Below, piece by piece: positions 1-13,025 of a DNA stretch of 64,000 nt (positions within the stretch are counted from its first letter, which is position 1; every line of letters starts with the position of its first letter). A model generated the notes under the pieces. It ran no database searches. It saw only the letters and a program-made list of their open reading frames with translations, and had not been told where the DNA came from. The DNA comes from Magallana gigas (lineage: Eukaryota). The stretch covers positions 3,286,001-3,350,000 of the forward strand of contig NC_088854.1 in the NCBI RefSeq assembly GCF_963853765.1, read 5' to 3'. Made by a program: the position numbers and the translations under genes.

Positions 1-2703
1 GTCCACAAAATATCTATATAAACATGTTTATAAGGTGTCTTCCCACTTAACTGAAATTCTGAATTTTCTATGGGTGACTGATTTTAGCTAAGTGGGAACG
101 TTGCACAGGTAAGGGTGTCAAAGATCAAAGGAAATTAGTTACAGGTGAACTATAGTCTGTTCAATTATTGACCTTAGGTACATTTTTAATTAAATGAAAA
201 AATAACAGACACATTTTCAAGATTATGTTTTAAAATAAAAAAAATTAATTAAATACATTTAATAGATGTGAATTTTAATAATTAAAAAGGGTTTGTTTTA
301 TGATTCTTCTTGGAATTAATTTTATTTTATTTAAAATTACTCAATATTCATAATGATTCTTTTGAGTGATGAGAAGGTAAACAGACATAGTTGCATTAAA
401 AGGGCATGGTCACGATTTTGGTCAAAGAGGATGTCGCACTTCCTATGCTAATTTTCCCGAAAGAAGTTGCAGATGAAATGAAAAAATCAAAGTAAATGAA
501 TTTGATGTAATTTTTGTTGTTGTTGCAACGTTGCATATAAAGCAGTGTAGAATTTTATCTAGAAAGTTTGTATTACCATTTTAAGAACATTTTATAAATT
601 TGATTTTTTTAATCACATGAAAAGGTTATGTGGATAGATGATTTAAGAATGTTAGAATAAAGTTACTGAAACGCTAGATAATGTAATATTTTGCATGCGT
701 GCATAATTTTTTTTTCAACATTATTACTGTGTGAAGTCCCCGTTATTAACTTGCATTACAAACATTTTCTTCTTTACAATGGATTTTAAAACAATGCACG
801 TAGCAATGTAGAAAGTTGATTCCCCCCTTTTATGAAAAAGGATCTGTTGATTTCAAAGACACATATACAGGTTGTTATAAGCAACCCCCCCCCCCCCCCC
901 CCAAAAAAAAAAAACAACAAACAAACAAACAAACAAGAAAACAAAAAATCATTAAAAAGTATAAATCGGCGATGAAGCAATAGGTTAATGAAAATATGTA
1001 CGAATAAAGTTCCACCTTTTTATCTAGGCGTTTATCTAGGGAAGATTATATTTACAACTCTGACGGTTTTGAAGAGCCAAAATCATATTTATCCATGTAG
1101 CTCAAAAGAATGACAATAGAAATCAAATTGATATATGTTAACATCAGAATACATAATATATGGTCATCTTCCTTTTTAATTTATTTATTTTTAATTTTAT
1201 TTTATTTATTTAATTTATAGATATGAAACCTTTCAATAATTGATAGTTCTTAACATTTTTATAACACTGTAAATCCATATTATCAAGAATTTCTAAAAGT
1301 ATATCACAAGTGAATTTTATACCGGTAGTTCACACCTAAAACAGACTATACTCAGTGCTCACTCAGGTGTGAAAATCACAATTTTAGCTAGGTGGGAATA
1401 AGAATGTCAGAATTATAGCTACGTGGGAATAAACCGTTTATAACATGCACACACGATTTGAAACTGTCACTTGTTTAGTGCCTTCTTAATCCTGGTTTGA
1501 TCGAAGATCCATTCTATACCATTGTTTACAAAACTATGACGAAATGATCAGACAGCTGGCGAGGCGACCAATCTCCGGACTTAAAACTTTTGATGAAAGT
1601 ATTAGATACAATAGAAATTAAAAAAAAAATTGTAGCAGAGCTTATTGCAGCCTTGAAAGAATACAATATTCATTGTATGAAGTGCAAAAAGGAACCCATA
1701 AAGCCAATATCAGACATATCTCACGGATTCTTGATTGATTAAATTTCTAGATGACAAAACATATAGCAGCTATACAAGAATATCACTGAAGACACCGTCA
1801 ACTGGATACAAAGACAGGAGAGGCGATCACAGGGCATCAGAGGTGGCAAACTGAACCATGAAATTTCTTTTTTCCCCTCTAGGGTGACGGTGTGATCAAT
1901 AGTGACATGTTTGGGGAATAGTGTGAGAAACAAGTGTGAGTGACAACACAAGCTTTCACAACACAATGGGCCGTCCATTAAAGGAAATGGCACATGAAAC
2001 ATGGCATCGGCTTCCTAATCCAAAATCACGCCCACAGCCCTTATGCGGAAAAACTTTCATAGGTTGCAAATAAGGCTGATAAACGGTCACGTGAGAGTAA
2101 TCGATATCATGATTAAAAACTGATGTTATGCACTTTTACTTGAAAACTAGAGTGTGGCAGTCGAGATACGTGTTACAATATACATGTACCATAAAGCTTC
2201 TTTAAATTAGATTTTGATTGTGGTATTACCCCCGCCCCCGCAAAAAACAAAAAACAAAACACAAAAACTAATAACCATTCCAACCCTACCCCTCCAAATA
2301 AACAACAAAAAACAAAACCAGAAAAAAAAACCAAACTGATGACCAAACAGGTTTACAGTTTAAAATTGTGTTTGCAGACAGATTACAGAACTTGCCCGGG
2401 TCAATCTGTTCAGTGGCCGAGACTGTTTTTCCATATAAAGCGTTACAAAGGGATTTCAACTAATCCGAAAATTAACGCGCTTCTACACAGCATGGTATCA
2501 AAGTTGGGGACACTTGTACTCTATATTAAGCATACATATGCGCTACTGTCCGTTGTGATATACACACACAAAAAAAAAAAAAAATAAATAAAAAAATAAA
2601 TTATAAAGTTAGATTTTCCAGAACTTCAGAAGTAATAATTTTGATATCGAAAACTAAATTTCTTTACTGTCTGAATTTTGAATTGTAACACTAATTTGCC
2701 TAC

Positions 2704-2830
2704 CGTAGAAGATCACCTCAAGGTTTCGGGTGGCCAGCGCTTTCTTCATAAACTTGGCCACTTTGAGCCCCTGTCTGCCGTCTCGGATACTTCCTAGAAC
2801 CAACAGCACCCTAAGTTTGTCGCTCGCCAT
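2704..2830 (-). CDS. First coding exon of an NAD(P)H-dependent FMN reductase / quinone reductase-like (flavodoxin-fold) gene; downstream exons not found in the window
   Basis: Hand translation from ATG at 2830 (context gcaagATGG): MASDKLRVLLVLGSIRDGRQGLKVAKFMKKALATRNLEVIFY, then a phase-1 donor G|gtaggc at 2703. The beta1-GS(I/T)R-x-GR-helix-EV..D pattern is typical of the FMN_red family N-terminus. Too short for the ORF track. Confidence 0.75.
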
Positions 2831-2984
2831 CTTGCCAGTATCTGGGTCACTCCACCCAGCTCGACAGGAATACTGAGAGTGTTAGCTGTGAACAACACAG
2901 TGTAACTACACACGGCTCTCTCTCTCTCCCTCGCTCTCTGAATTTTTTAACGGTTAAGTAAGTTTTCAAATGATCCTACAGTAC

Positions 2985-3082
2985 TTTCTGACATATTTTA
3001 TTTCTTAATATAAAATCTGCAATATGACGACTTTAGACGTCATATTGCAGATTTTATTTTTTAAAGAAATAAATGTCAGAAA
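2985..3082. repeat. ~100-bp fold-back (long inverted repeat), probably a MITE remnant
   Basis: Perfect 20-bp inner arms ataaaatctgcaatatgacg / cgtcatattgcagattttat around an 8-nt loop. Outer imperfect arms tttctgacat..tttctt / aagaaa..tgtcagaaa. Confidence 0.7.
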
Positions 3083-3363
3083 GGACACTACAATAAATTC
3101 GGTAATTTTAACACTGTATGACGAAGCAATAAATAGGAAACACAGACTCAATGTTATGAATTATTTTGTTGTTGTTTGATCGGTGAAGTATATATGTGTA
3201 ATAAAGAATGCGCAGGTCAAATATTTATTAAATAATAAATGAATATTAATATACAAATTGAAAGTAACGTAATGTCTGTTAAAATGTCTGTAATTTAATA
3301 TTAATAGTTAAATTGCTAAAAATTACATGAAAGATATAAAGGAATCATTTTTTGAATCATATG

Positions 3364-3500
3364 AATGGTCGGGCAGGCGCGACCAAACCTATATAATATC
3401 AATGGTCGGGCAGGCGCGACCAAACCTATAATATCAATGGTCGGGCAGGCGCGACCAAACCTATACTATCAATGGTCGGGCAGGCGCGACCAAACCTATA
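3364..3500. repeat. Tandem minisatellite, ~4 x 35-37 bp, inside a small element with imperfect inverted ends
   Basis: Unit aatggtcgggcaggcgcgaccaaacctat(a)atatc, each with a tggtcg/cgacca hairpin. Flanked by ataaaggaatcatt (3336) and aatgattctttat (3516-3528). Confidence 0.85.
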
Positions 3501-5209
3501 AAAAACCATAAAGCGAATGATTCTTTATTCCTTAATTAAAAACAGTGTGTTCAGTTTTATTGATTCAACATTTTTAGTAGCCCCCATACCTAGCATTTTG
3601 ACAGTTTATATTTTGTATAGAATTAATCAACTCATTGATACAACATATATTCACTCTTGTTATTCATTTATATGGCATGTAAATAAGCACAAGTAGGTAT
3701 CAGGGTCAGCTCAACCATACCTACGCTTGTCAATTTGAATGTGGAAATAAATACAACATTTCCACATGGACCCTACTCAGACTCTGTCCGTTCACATTGG
3801 TATCATTGCCGTCAACAAGTCGACCATCTTTTTTATTACTCACCATTTTGCATTGTGTCATTGAGGTAGCAATTATTTGTAACCTATACGTGCTAACAGT
3901 CGATAAATACCCGAAGAGAATCACACAGAATATGATAAGAATCCGCTAATCATTTGATATATATACGTGTACCAACAGATATACTTAAAAAGGGATCTAG
4001 AAATCGAATAACGTTTGAATCAACAAAAAGCGAAAAAGAGGAGTCACCTGTACGCGTTGAATCAGGTTGATTATCATGTCCTTTGTCTATTGAACATGAT
4101 GTACGATATGAAACATATTTATATCAGGTATTGATCAAATCTTCAAAGTTTTCGATGTAATAAAAAAACTACCCACTTTACTCAGACCACATGGACCGCT
4201 ATCATACTGTTACATATAAGTTACCGGTGTTATATAGTGCCCTTTCCCCCTAGCCATCTTTCCCCCGGAAAAATGGTTATATAGCCGCCCCCCCCCCCCC
4301 ATCCCCTGGAAAAATGGCTATATAGCAGTTTTCCCTCTATATATAATAGTAGAATTCCCCCCTTTTTACATTTAGGTCATGTTTATGGCGGACCATTCGT
4401 GGCAACAATTTGCAATAGCTGATATGATACTAATATCTAATAATAAAGGATAATAATGGCATGTATTAATACTTAGTATTAAATACACTGTTTTTTCACT
4501 CTGATATAAACAAAGGCATTTATTTCACCTTTTGTTACACCTTTTTAGAACACCTTTTATTCGGATTTCGGAATACCTCGATTTTTTCCCCTCTAGTAGA
4601 TGCTTATCTACAGTTTTGATTTTGACGTTTTTAACAGAACACGTCAGAATACATTTGAGTGAAAATGCGCCGACTTGGAACTTTAATTTTGCCATATATT
4701 ATTATCTATGTTTAAACTCCTCCCAGGAAACTAACAGACCAATTTTTAAATTAATTTTGTAAAGGAAGGAATAAGAAGAAGTTGAAAAGTATTTCCTCCT
4801 TCGTTTAAAAGTCTATAGCTTTTACATTAATACTGTTAAAATTGACGATCCTAATATGCATGATAATATATTTCTACTTCTAAATATCAAACGAAAGACA
4901 GGATGGAATAAAATGATGAGAAATTGAAATGTTTTACTTCGACTGATGGGGTTCTAGATCGAGGGTAAGGGGTATTATCATAAGAATTGAATATGTATAA
5001 AATGCATGTGTAAAGTTGGTATTTACAATTATGGTTTTAAGTCACGCATATTCATATTCATGTTTTAAGCACATTTTTCCTTACGAAAAGCAGGTTTTAT
5101 GATGTAAACAATTTTTAAAAAAATGAAATGGCATCACAACCAGAATAAAGTCGGTATCTTTGCTGGTTACCTCGGAAAATGTGAAATGGAGCCTAAACTA
5201 AACTTAAGA

Positions 5210-5374
5210 AATAAAGTACGAGTTATCGTGAATGTTGCAGAATAACCTCCGAGGTTGAGAAATGTTGTTTTTAAATATAAAAGCCGAGGCGTTAGCCGAG
5301 GCATTTATATTTTAAACAACATTTCGAGACCGAGGAGGTTATCCTGCAACATTCACGAAAACAAGAACTTTATT
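5210..5374. mobile_element. Palindromic non-autonomous element (family not determined)
   Basis: Arms 5226-5250 tcgtgaatgttgcagaataacctcc and 5334-5358 match at 24/25 as an inverted repeat. Central gccgaggcgttagccgaggc; outer aataaagt/actttatt. Confidence 0.65.
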
Positions 5375-6439
5375 TGTATTCTACTAACAGCCCAGTATTT
5401 CTACAGATCGTTTTCCTAAAGAGAGACGATCTAGGTCATTTTGACGGCTGTTCCGTGTAACCCCAGTGGTTTTGTTAGTAATGTTTACATGTGTATCGAT
5501 CAAAGGAATTACATGCAGACGACAGAATTTTTTCTTGGGATTTTTAATACTCTTCACTTATTTATAAAATATCTTTGAGTTATATTCCTAACATTTTAAG
5601 GGCACTTTAATACGATTATAACTACTACACGTTATATATTTTAAATGTAAAAACACGCAGTGAAGATGTGCTAGGGAGGTCCTAGGAACAGCTGCATTGA
5701 TCTCTTAAAAAAAACATTTGAGGCAATACACATCGTTTTGACTGGAACTAACACGTGAAATTGACATGGTTTTAAATTTTTTACGGTTTGAAGTTGTACT
5801 TTCATGATCATTGCGAGACAAATAAGTATTTCTGATCTGATAATTTACTGATGACGTTCGTGGTACATGTATATTGGAGAATAATGTCCGCGGCATCTCT
5901 TTGATCTTGGCAATAACTGTAGTAGAATTGTGTATACATTACCATTCCCTTTCTATTTCGCAAAGTGATTTAAAAATAAACAGTTTTGAAAACAGTGCCT
6001 CATAAAACAAGATATACGATTCACTTACCTAATAATCTTGTTATACTATTTATTTCATATCCTTCAGTTCATCCAAAAATTCTCTTAAATAGAGGTTTAA
6101 CCTGGACAAAATTTGCACAAACAGACTGATATATTTATTGAAAAATTCTCAAAAAAAATTTCAATTACAAATTCAGAATACAGAGTTATGCATATAAATG
6201 TATATCTTGTAAAACCAAGTACTTTTATTTTCAATTAATCACCTAAATTAAGTTCTATGTTTAATTCTATTACACATATGTTCATTTATTAGCATTGTTT
6301 ATAGAAAATAATAAATCGGCAGAACGAAACTTAACCTGTACAGATGAATGCACAAATATGCAACCTGGGAGTGTAGAAACATTGATTTAAATCCTTAATG
6401 GGTTTCCATACCTATTTTTTTTATAAACGTGAAGAAACT

Positions 6440-6747
6440 GGGTACTATATAGTAGCTTTTCCCCCGGGGGAAAAGGCTACTTTATACATGTATTTTTTTT
6501 ATAGTAGGTTTTCCGTTGGGAAAAGCTACTATGGGGAAACAACTGCCATTCCCGTCATATAGTTTTTTGCTTTCGGAGAGAATATTTTTCCCTTAATTAT
6601 CAAAAGATTTTGGACCAGGAATATTTGTTGGGGTGAGGAAAACTGTATGCCCCCTTTCCCGGCAAAAAACTTGCAACCAAAGCTGAAGATACTCATTTTT
6701 ACATTACACACAGGACATCAAAGCTCAGATGGGTTATCACCCGTCTA
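6440..6747 (-). mobile_element. Remnant of a Helentron-associated non-autonomous element (HINE-like) with degenerate internal repeats
   Basis: Minus-strand terminal hairpin agacgggt-gata-acccatct (6727-6746) resembles the subTIR of the 28.7-33.3 kb element. Degenerate tatagtag..ttttccccc-gg-gaaaa.ctac repeats occur here and at ~4226-4345. Confidence 0.4.
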
Positions 6748-6872
6748 GTTCATGCACATACGTTTGATATAGTTTTTCACAATAAATATTTATATCAGTT
6801 GCTTTAATATAAAGAGCTTCAATAATAAATATAATATCAGACAATAAAAATAACATACAAAGTTCAATAAAA

Positions 6873-9800
6873 TCAGCATCGTATACTGACGTTGTTTGCA
6901 TCACAAGTGGTTGTTTTACAAATATGAGCGAAGTTCGACCTCTCCAGGAGATCAATGAAATGTAAAGAAAGTTCCGACCGGGATTTGCTATTATTACAAT
7001 CTGTAAAGGACGGTGCATTCCGAATGTATGATGGGGTTCCCGCTAAAAAGAAAAAAAAGTAAAACATTACATTTAAATGAAGATGGCCATATATAGGAGT
7101 TCAATTAATTTTAATTAAAAACATTAATAAAAAAGATTTGACAATTCATCTCTTTTGATATTTTATATACATGTTTTACCAAGAAAAATGACCATGCTTA
7201 TAAATCTCTTTTGTTTGAAGTTNNNNNNNNNNNNNNNNNNNNNNNNNNNNNNNNNNNNNNNNNNNNNNNNNNNNNNNNNNNNNNNNNNNNNNNNNNNNNN
7301 NNNNNNNNNNNNNNNNNNNNNNNNNNNNNNNNNNNNNNNNNNNNNNNNNNNNNNNNNNCAGGATTAACAGAATATTTACCGATACATTCTGGCATCGGTC
7401 CAGCAGGGGACCAGTTCCCACTGGATCCGCACACATACAGTACATCCTCGCTGTAACCATTGGGAACGAAATACCCGGATTGACATACAATAACGCACAT
7501 GTTCAGCATATCGGTATTCCAGTCGTTACAGACCATGACAGCGTTTGGAGGAATCGCAAGATCAGGGCATGGAATGGCTGTTAAATATAGAAAAAAGTAA
7601 GAAAGCCGAAAAACATGTGTAAGAAAGACTGAATATGATATATAACTGTACGTACGTTTGACAGACAAGTTAAAGTTGCACTCCGTGCGCAGACCGTTGT
7701 TTAGTTTGAGTGCGGAATACTGGACCGTAAAGTCTCCCCATGGAAAAGTAGATGTATTTTGGGGGTAATTGGACTGCACTTTTATTTGATTCCCCATTGG
7801 GTCGTGGAATGATGGGATGTTCCATGACGCTACAGCTTCTGGTTGTGACGTCAAAATTGTTTCAGAGTTCTGACAGTTGGACATCACGGGAGGTTGGACA
7901 TCTGATTAAGAATTTGTTGGTACATTAGGTTGCTTACCAAGGAAAATGATCAACCAGCTCACACAACTGAAATACATGTATCTGTTAATGTTTATGATAC
8001 CCTACCTGTTTCACAGACACTTCCGGTCCAGCCTGGCGCACATGCGCACTTAAATCCTCCTAATGTATTAGTACAGGTCGCTGCGTTTAAACAAGGGGAA
8101 CTAGAACAACTGATGGAGTCTGAAAATTAGAGTAATAAAACGTTAACAATGTAAATCATTTTTTCCCGTTAAATTATTATTAAAAATTTTCTAATACGAA
8201 AGAGAGTACACCATCTTACACCAGCAGATTGGTCGAGATCCACTCCACAGGCCGGTAGCCTGACACCTGCGGTTTACATCTCCAGTGATGTTGTACCCTG
8301 CATTACATGTGTAGGTCACCACGTCTTCGTACCGAGTTCCAGGGAAATCTGGCACGCCATTGGTCAGCACTCCAGGGTCACCACAGTTAACGCCTACAAC
8401 ATAGCGTGCTCTGTAACTTCATGTCCTATCATGATATGAATATATGAAATAACTGTACATGTTAAATGAAGTTTTATTATTCTATTAATAACATGTCTTT
8501 CGGAAAAATCAAAAACGTTGAATCTTAAGATCAATAAATTCATACGCTGGCAAGATGGAATCGAGTTGCTCCAATGCCCAGAGGACAGGCACGTGACCTT
8601 AGATTGTCCAATCAGTTCGTATCCTAGAGCAGAACAGTCAAAGGAACAAGACGCTCCGTATAAGTAGGACGTGCCCCCGGTACAGCTGTAGGAACCCGAG
8701 TAAGAGGGCGGCGGGCAGCGCACCACTGGAAATGGGCAATGTATTTCATTACATGATATTAATGGAAGTTAACGAAGCTCTTATTACAGGGTGTAAACTT
8801 AATTCGGGACCCCCACTCCCATTTTATCCATGTCTTACGAACCTACCTGTGACAGTAACGCTGAAGGAACACTGAGCGGTATTACCGGCGCTATCGCGCG
8901 CCGAGTACCCAATCGTTGTAGCTCCTTCTGAAAACCGACTTCCAGGTGCGGGACCAGACCTTGTTGTGCTGAAAAATCATTACCAATTGTTTTAAAAACG
9001 AAATACATTATTACTGAATCATTTTGGGTAGTTTATCTTTAAGGAGCACCTCTAAAGGTATGAGGAGGGTATCAGGCTTAATGATTTAAGGTCGATGGGA
9101 TTAAAATAAATTAAGACTGAACATTTTGATGAGAATTTTCAAGATATTATTATACATTTTCTGTAATTTAATTTTTTCATTACCGTAAAATTGGCGAGTT
9201 CAGACCCTAGGGCCATAAAAGTTAGATGAGCTCACTTTTAGTGAGTCTCACTTTTACAAAAGAATGGTCCTCTTAACTCTGACATTAGGAAAAAAACTTT
9301 GCTAAAAATTTGATAATCATGTCAAATGTGAGATATTTGCCTCCATTGCCTCCATTGCGCTACGGCCGTGTTGTGGACACATTAATTTAAAATTAAGGTA
9401 CCTCACTACACCTACACTTATACTTTTTACGACACTACGTCACAAGATGGCAATTTAGATGTTTTGTTAAACTGTTTATATCGTTGAATTAGGTTGTATA
9501 TCGTCGTAGTTCAGTGGTTAAAGTATTGGGCTTCTGAACTGCAGATCATGAGCTCGAATCCGCCTGGAGCTTTTGTTCATGCAAACTGAATTAAATTTTT
9601 GAAAATGTAATTTTTCATTCAAAATTGCATATTTTTTGGCCAATTTGACTTAAATACTTCTTATCCATTATTATATCTATCATAATCAAGTAATTTTCTG
9701 CTGATTTGAGAAAATATTTCTCGGTGTAATGAGCCACCTTAAGACTTGATCGAGCTTTATTTACATAACAATGAATTCTTACCACTGAATCTCTCTTGTA

Positions 9801-10819
9801 ACTTGACTTCTAACATTCAAATTTAGAACAATCATTCAAAATACAGAAGAAAGCATTTTTTATACATAAAGAATAAAAAAATAAAAATAAAACGTGTCCA
9901 GGTCCCTTTAAAATGGATGTTAGACAATCTTTGTTGTTACGTAATATTATATTTTATTTATTTACATGTACCCTTCAGGTACTATGAACACAATACACGC
10001 CTTCATAGTCTAAATTATTTATGTGAGTTTGAGCGCGTTGTCATAAAGATATAAATACCCCAAGTATCCATCCTTGGAGTCGTAGGCAGTGGGCTCCGTC
10101 CAGCTGACGACAGACGACGTTTCCAATGGGTTAGCTGTGACATATACGTTCCCTGGGCAGCCAATCGTAGGAGGTGTAGTATCTATAATATTAAAAAAAA
10201 CTCCAAGCAATTAATCCGGCCTGTCCTTTTTCTTTTATGTTAAAAAATTGGAGGGGAAAGACGACTTTCACATTCCTTATCCAATCTCCCTATGTCTGAC
10301 ATACTCGGGAAAGTTTTTGAGAGGTAAAATGACTCGCATCAGTGGTTTTTGGATTGTTTACGACGCAAACATATTACGTCACTTACCAGGGGGAGGGGGT
10401 GGAGGACTTCTTCTCCTTCTCCTCCAAAAGCGCTTCGCTCTGTAGGACTCTGAAAATTCAATTCAAGTTATTATTTGGGTTTTCTTCTATAAACTATAGA
10501 TATACTAGTGATCTCAAATGTCATACATTTCTTGGGTTTATAGTGTTTGCTGTAAAAGGGACGCTTCATAGATGTGTTACTTACTACACTTGGGACCCGT
10601 CCATCGACCATTTTCACAAATTCGAGAAACATCTTTCCCATCAATAATACATCTAAACGTACAGATCGTGAATGCTGGCAGGTTTTGCCAAAAAAAGATG
10701 TCTGTTGGAAGTAGGTTCCCTCCTGACGAGTCTGTGCATTGTTGAAACTCGGCGTTATACAGGTCCACAAAAGAACAAGGCGATAGATTATCCGAGGAGT
10801 CGCCAAAGGACCCGAAAGG
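6873..10819 (-). CDS. Multi-exon sushi(CCP)/HYR/EGF domain protein (SVEP1-like family), 3' portion; 5' exons not identified
   Basis: GT-AG exons with compatible phases: 10585-10819 (sushi-like, ..CENGRWTGPKC); 10059-10182 + 8847-8968 (HYR, TTPPTIGCP..GNTAQCSFSVTV); 8546-8725 (sushi); 8220-8393 (sushi, VNCGDPG..CQATGLWSGSRPIC); 8006-8119 (EGF, CSSSPCLNAATC..CACAPGWTGSVC); 7656-7901 (HYR); 7380-7577 (sushi-like); 6873-7042 (last exon, ..NNVSIRC*). An N-gap lies in the last intron. Confidence 0.88.
7223..7358. other. Assembly gap (136 N)
   Basis: Run of n in the sequence, inside the last intron of the sushi/HYR gene. Confidence 0.99.
9397..9738. mobile_element. 342-bp non-autonomous DNA transposon with TTAA target duplication (Kolobok-like), containing a tRNA-like A/B box segment
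   Basis: ttaa|ggtacctcactacacc ... ggtgtaatgagccacc|ttaa: imperfect TIRs, GG..CC termini, TTAA on both sides. Internal gtagttcagtggttaaag...gctcgaatcc at ~9503-9570. Confidence 0.7.
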
Positions 10820-10875
10820 CTGCAAAAAGAAATAACACGTGTGACATAAAACAAAGACAGAATATTCGGCCGCCC

Positions 10876-10880
<5 letters not shown>

Positions 10881-10960
<80 letters not shown>
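10881..10960. repeat. (TA)40 microsatellite
   Basis: Directly visible. Confidence 0.98.
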
Positions 10961-10961
<1 letters not shown>

Positions 10962-12338
10962 GTACGTTATCAAATCAGTATTTTCTTGTTTTATTTTCCA
11001 ATGACTGTGTGTAGTATAATTGATGTGCACAATAGTTTCGACATGGTTTATTTATACCTTTGACATGATACATTGTACACACTTTCCTTGAATAAATGAA
11101 TCGGAACGCATCATAGTAAGAATGGATGTCGTAAATTATTTCAAATAAACAATGTTGTTGACTATATTGACCATTGAATAACAATATTATTTTAATGACT
11201 AATTTTTCCACAAAAAGCGGTTCGTTATGTTTATGGAGATTTGCCTGGTTAACAGCTATGCAGCGGCTAAATGTCAAAGCTTATAGTTTCGTTCTACACA
11301 ATTTGAAAGTAAATACAACATTTACAACATGACAACTTGTAAATTTTGTATTTACTGCCACACGGTAAAGTAAAAGCTTACAACATGACGTTAAAATGGA
11401 CAATAACCAGTCGCAGACATTGGTTTTGGTTATCAGCGTTTTGTAATGTGCACTCATAAATATGTGTTATGTACATATATCAAATGAAAAAAAAATCCAC
11501 GCGTATTGATCACACATCAAAGAGATACATTTTTGTTTAATCTCGTCATAGAATGAGAGTACACATCATAGATTATTCCCTGTAAGTTTCTGTAGAGTAC
11601 TGCAGTGGACAACACTCTGGACCACACTGTCAGTTTTAATCAACTTTTGAAAACTCGTGCCCTGGCTGGAGAACCCCTACCAGTGTAATAGGATATCCTA
11701 TGTAAAATCTTTATAATCCAAGAGCAGGAAGTTGTTTTTTATTTTGGCTCGGAGGAAAGTTGTACTAGATACTAATGAACGATCAAATGAAATGAATTAA
11801 ATATATTTAAATAATTCAGTTCATGCTTCTTTCCCTCAAAGGAAGTTTTGGAACATTTCCAAGTTTGTGGATAAAAAACGTTTTTCATGGTAAAAAGACT
11901 TTCGTGAATTGACGGACCATTTAAATTTTTCTTCCTTGATAAGAAAAATCGTTACTAATTAAAATGACAAATGTGAAATTAGAAAAGTGCCATTAGTCTT
12001 TAAGTTACAAATAAAACAAACTGAAATTTTTCCAGACATCATACACGAAAACCGGAAAATATCGATCTATTCTTTTTAAAGGAATTGTTGTCAAACTCTG
12101 TAACTCGAAGTCTAACTCTGTAATTTGAAAATTGTTTAATCTGACTATTGACAAACATATCTTTAATTCAAATGCGATTGAAATAAATTTTGAAATATAT
12201 TGATTATTTTTAATTAAATTAAAACTATTTTCTTACTTTTTTCAGTTTCAAATTCAAATCTTTAAATATTAATTTAGTTAGTTTATGATTTATGGAGATT
12301 AATCCAAAAGAAGATCAGGATCATTTGCTAAATATATA

Positions 12339-12496
12339 CAGAAAAACACGCTTATAATGAATTGACGCTTACAGCGAAGTGATTTTCATTTACCGTGACT
12401 TTATTAAATGTTGAAAACTGGACGGATATACGAATTACGCTTTTAACAAATTAAAATCGCCCGTCCCTAGGACTTCGTTATAAGCGTGTTTTGCTG
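12339..12496. mobile_element. 158-bp Tc1/mariner (pogo-like) MITE
   Basis: ta|cagaaaaacacgcttataatgaa ... ttcgttataagcgtgttttgctg|ta: TIR 21/23 identical, TA target duplication. Confidence 0.8.
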
Positions 12497-13025
12497 TAAT
12501 AATAGTTTTACTCATGTTTGATTGTTGCAAGTTTCCCTAAAATTTGACAAGTTTTAATAAAAAGACATGCATAGAACATAAGTTTTTCTCACCATTATTA
12601 TTGCTACCAACAAAGTGGCTGCTGTGTATTCCATTGCTTCTGTTCTAAAGGTAAAACTGATTTGACGGGTTTAAATCCCTAAGAGTTTTGGGGAATTCCC
12701 CTTTCTAATTCTGCTTACAGAAAACTCTCAAGTTCAATTAAAGGTATCGGGTTTAAATTTATTTAATATACCGCCATTTTCTAGTTAAATGAGAATACCG
12801 TTATATTGATCTTAAACTATGTGTACGGTTTGTTTGTCTAATTTGGTAAGTTGTTTAATAAAAATATCACCGTGCAAAATTCACTGTTTAATTATAACTT
12901 TATTTTGGACTTCAACATCTGTTTCGTAGTGTTTTCTCACAGTTTATTTCTTACAGAGTTACTTATTTATTTGGTGATTGACGCTTTTCGGACTCTTAAT
13001 GTGATTTCAAAGAGACAGAGTGCCA

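Noticed and set aside
1739-2060. GC-richer block as a downstream exon of the FMN reductase gene
   Set aside because: No frame yields FMN_red motifs (e.g. EYN) or compatible splice sites.
3364-3500. 35-37-bp hairpin-forming repeats as a CRISPR array
   Set aside because: The repeats abut with no unique spacers, there are no cas genes, and the context is eukaryotic.
7155-7490. ORFs containing X runs
   Set aside because: They are open only because they cross the N gap.
9503-9570. Functional tRNA gene
   Set aside because: No acceptor stem or complete cloverleaf; it is embedded in a TIR element.
10672-11004. 110-aa ORF with an IYIY tract
   Set aside because: Artefact of the (TA)40 microsatellite and antisense to a sushi exon.
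11382-11457. Possible first (signal-peptide) exon of the sushi/HYR gene
   Set aside because: It has a good donor but phase 1, incompatible with the phase-0 start of exon 10585-10819, and the peptide is not signal-like.
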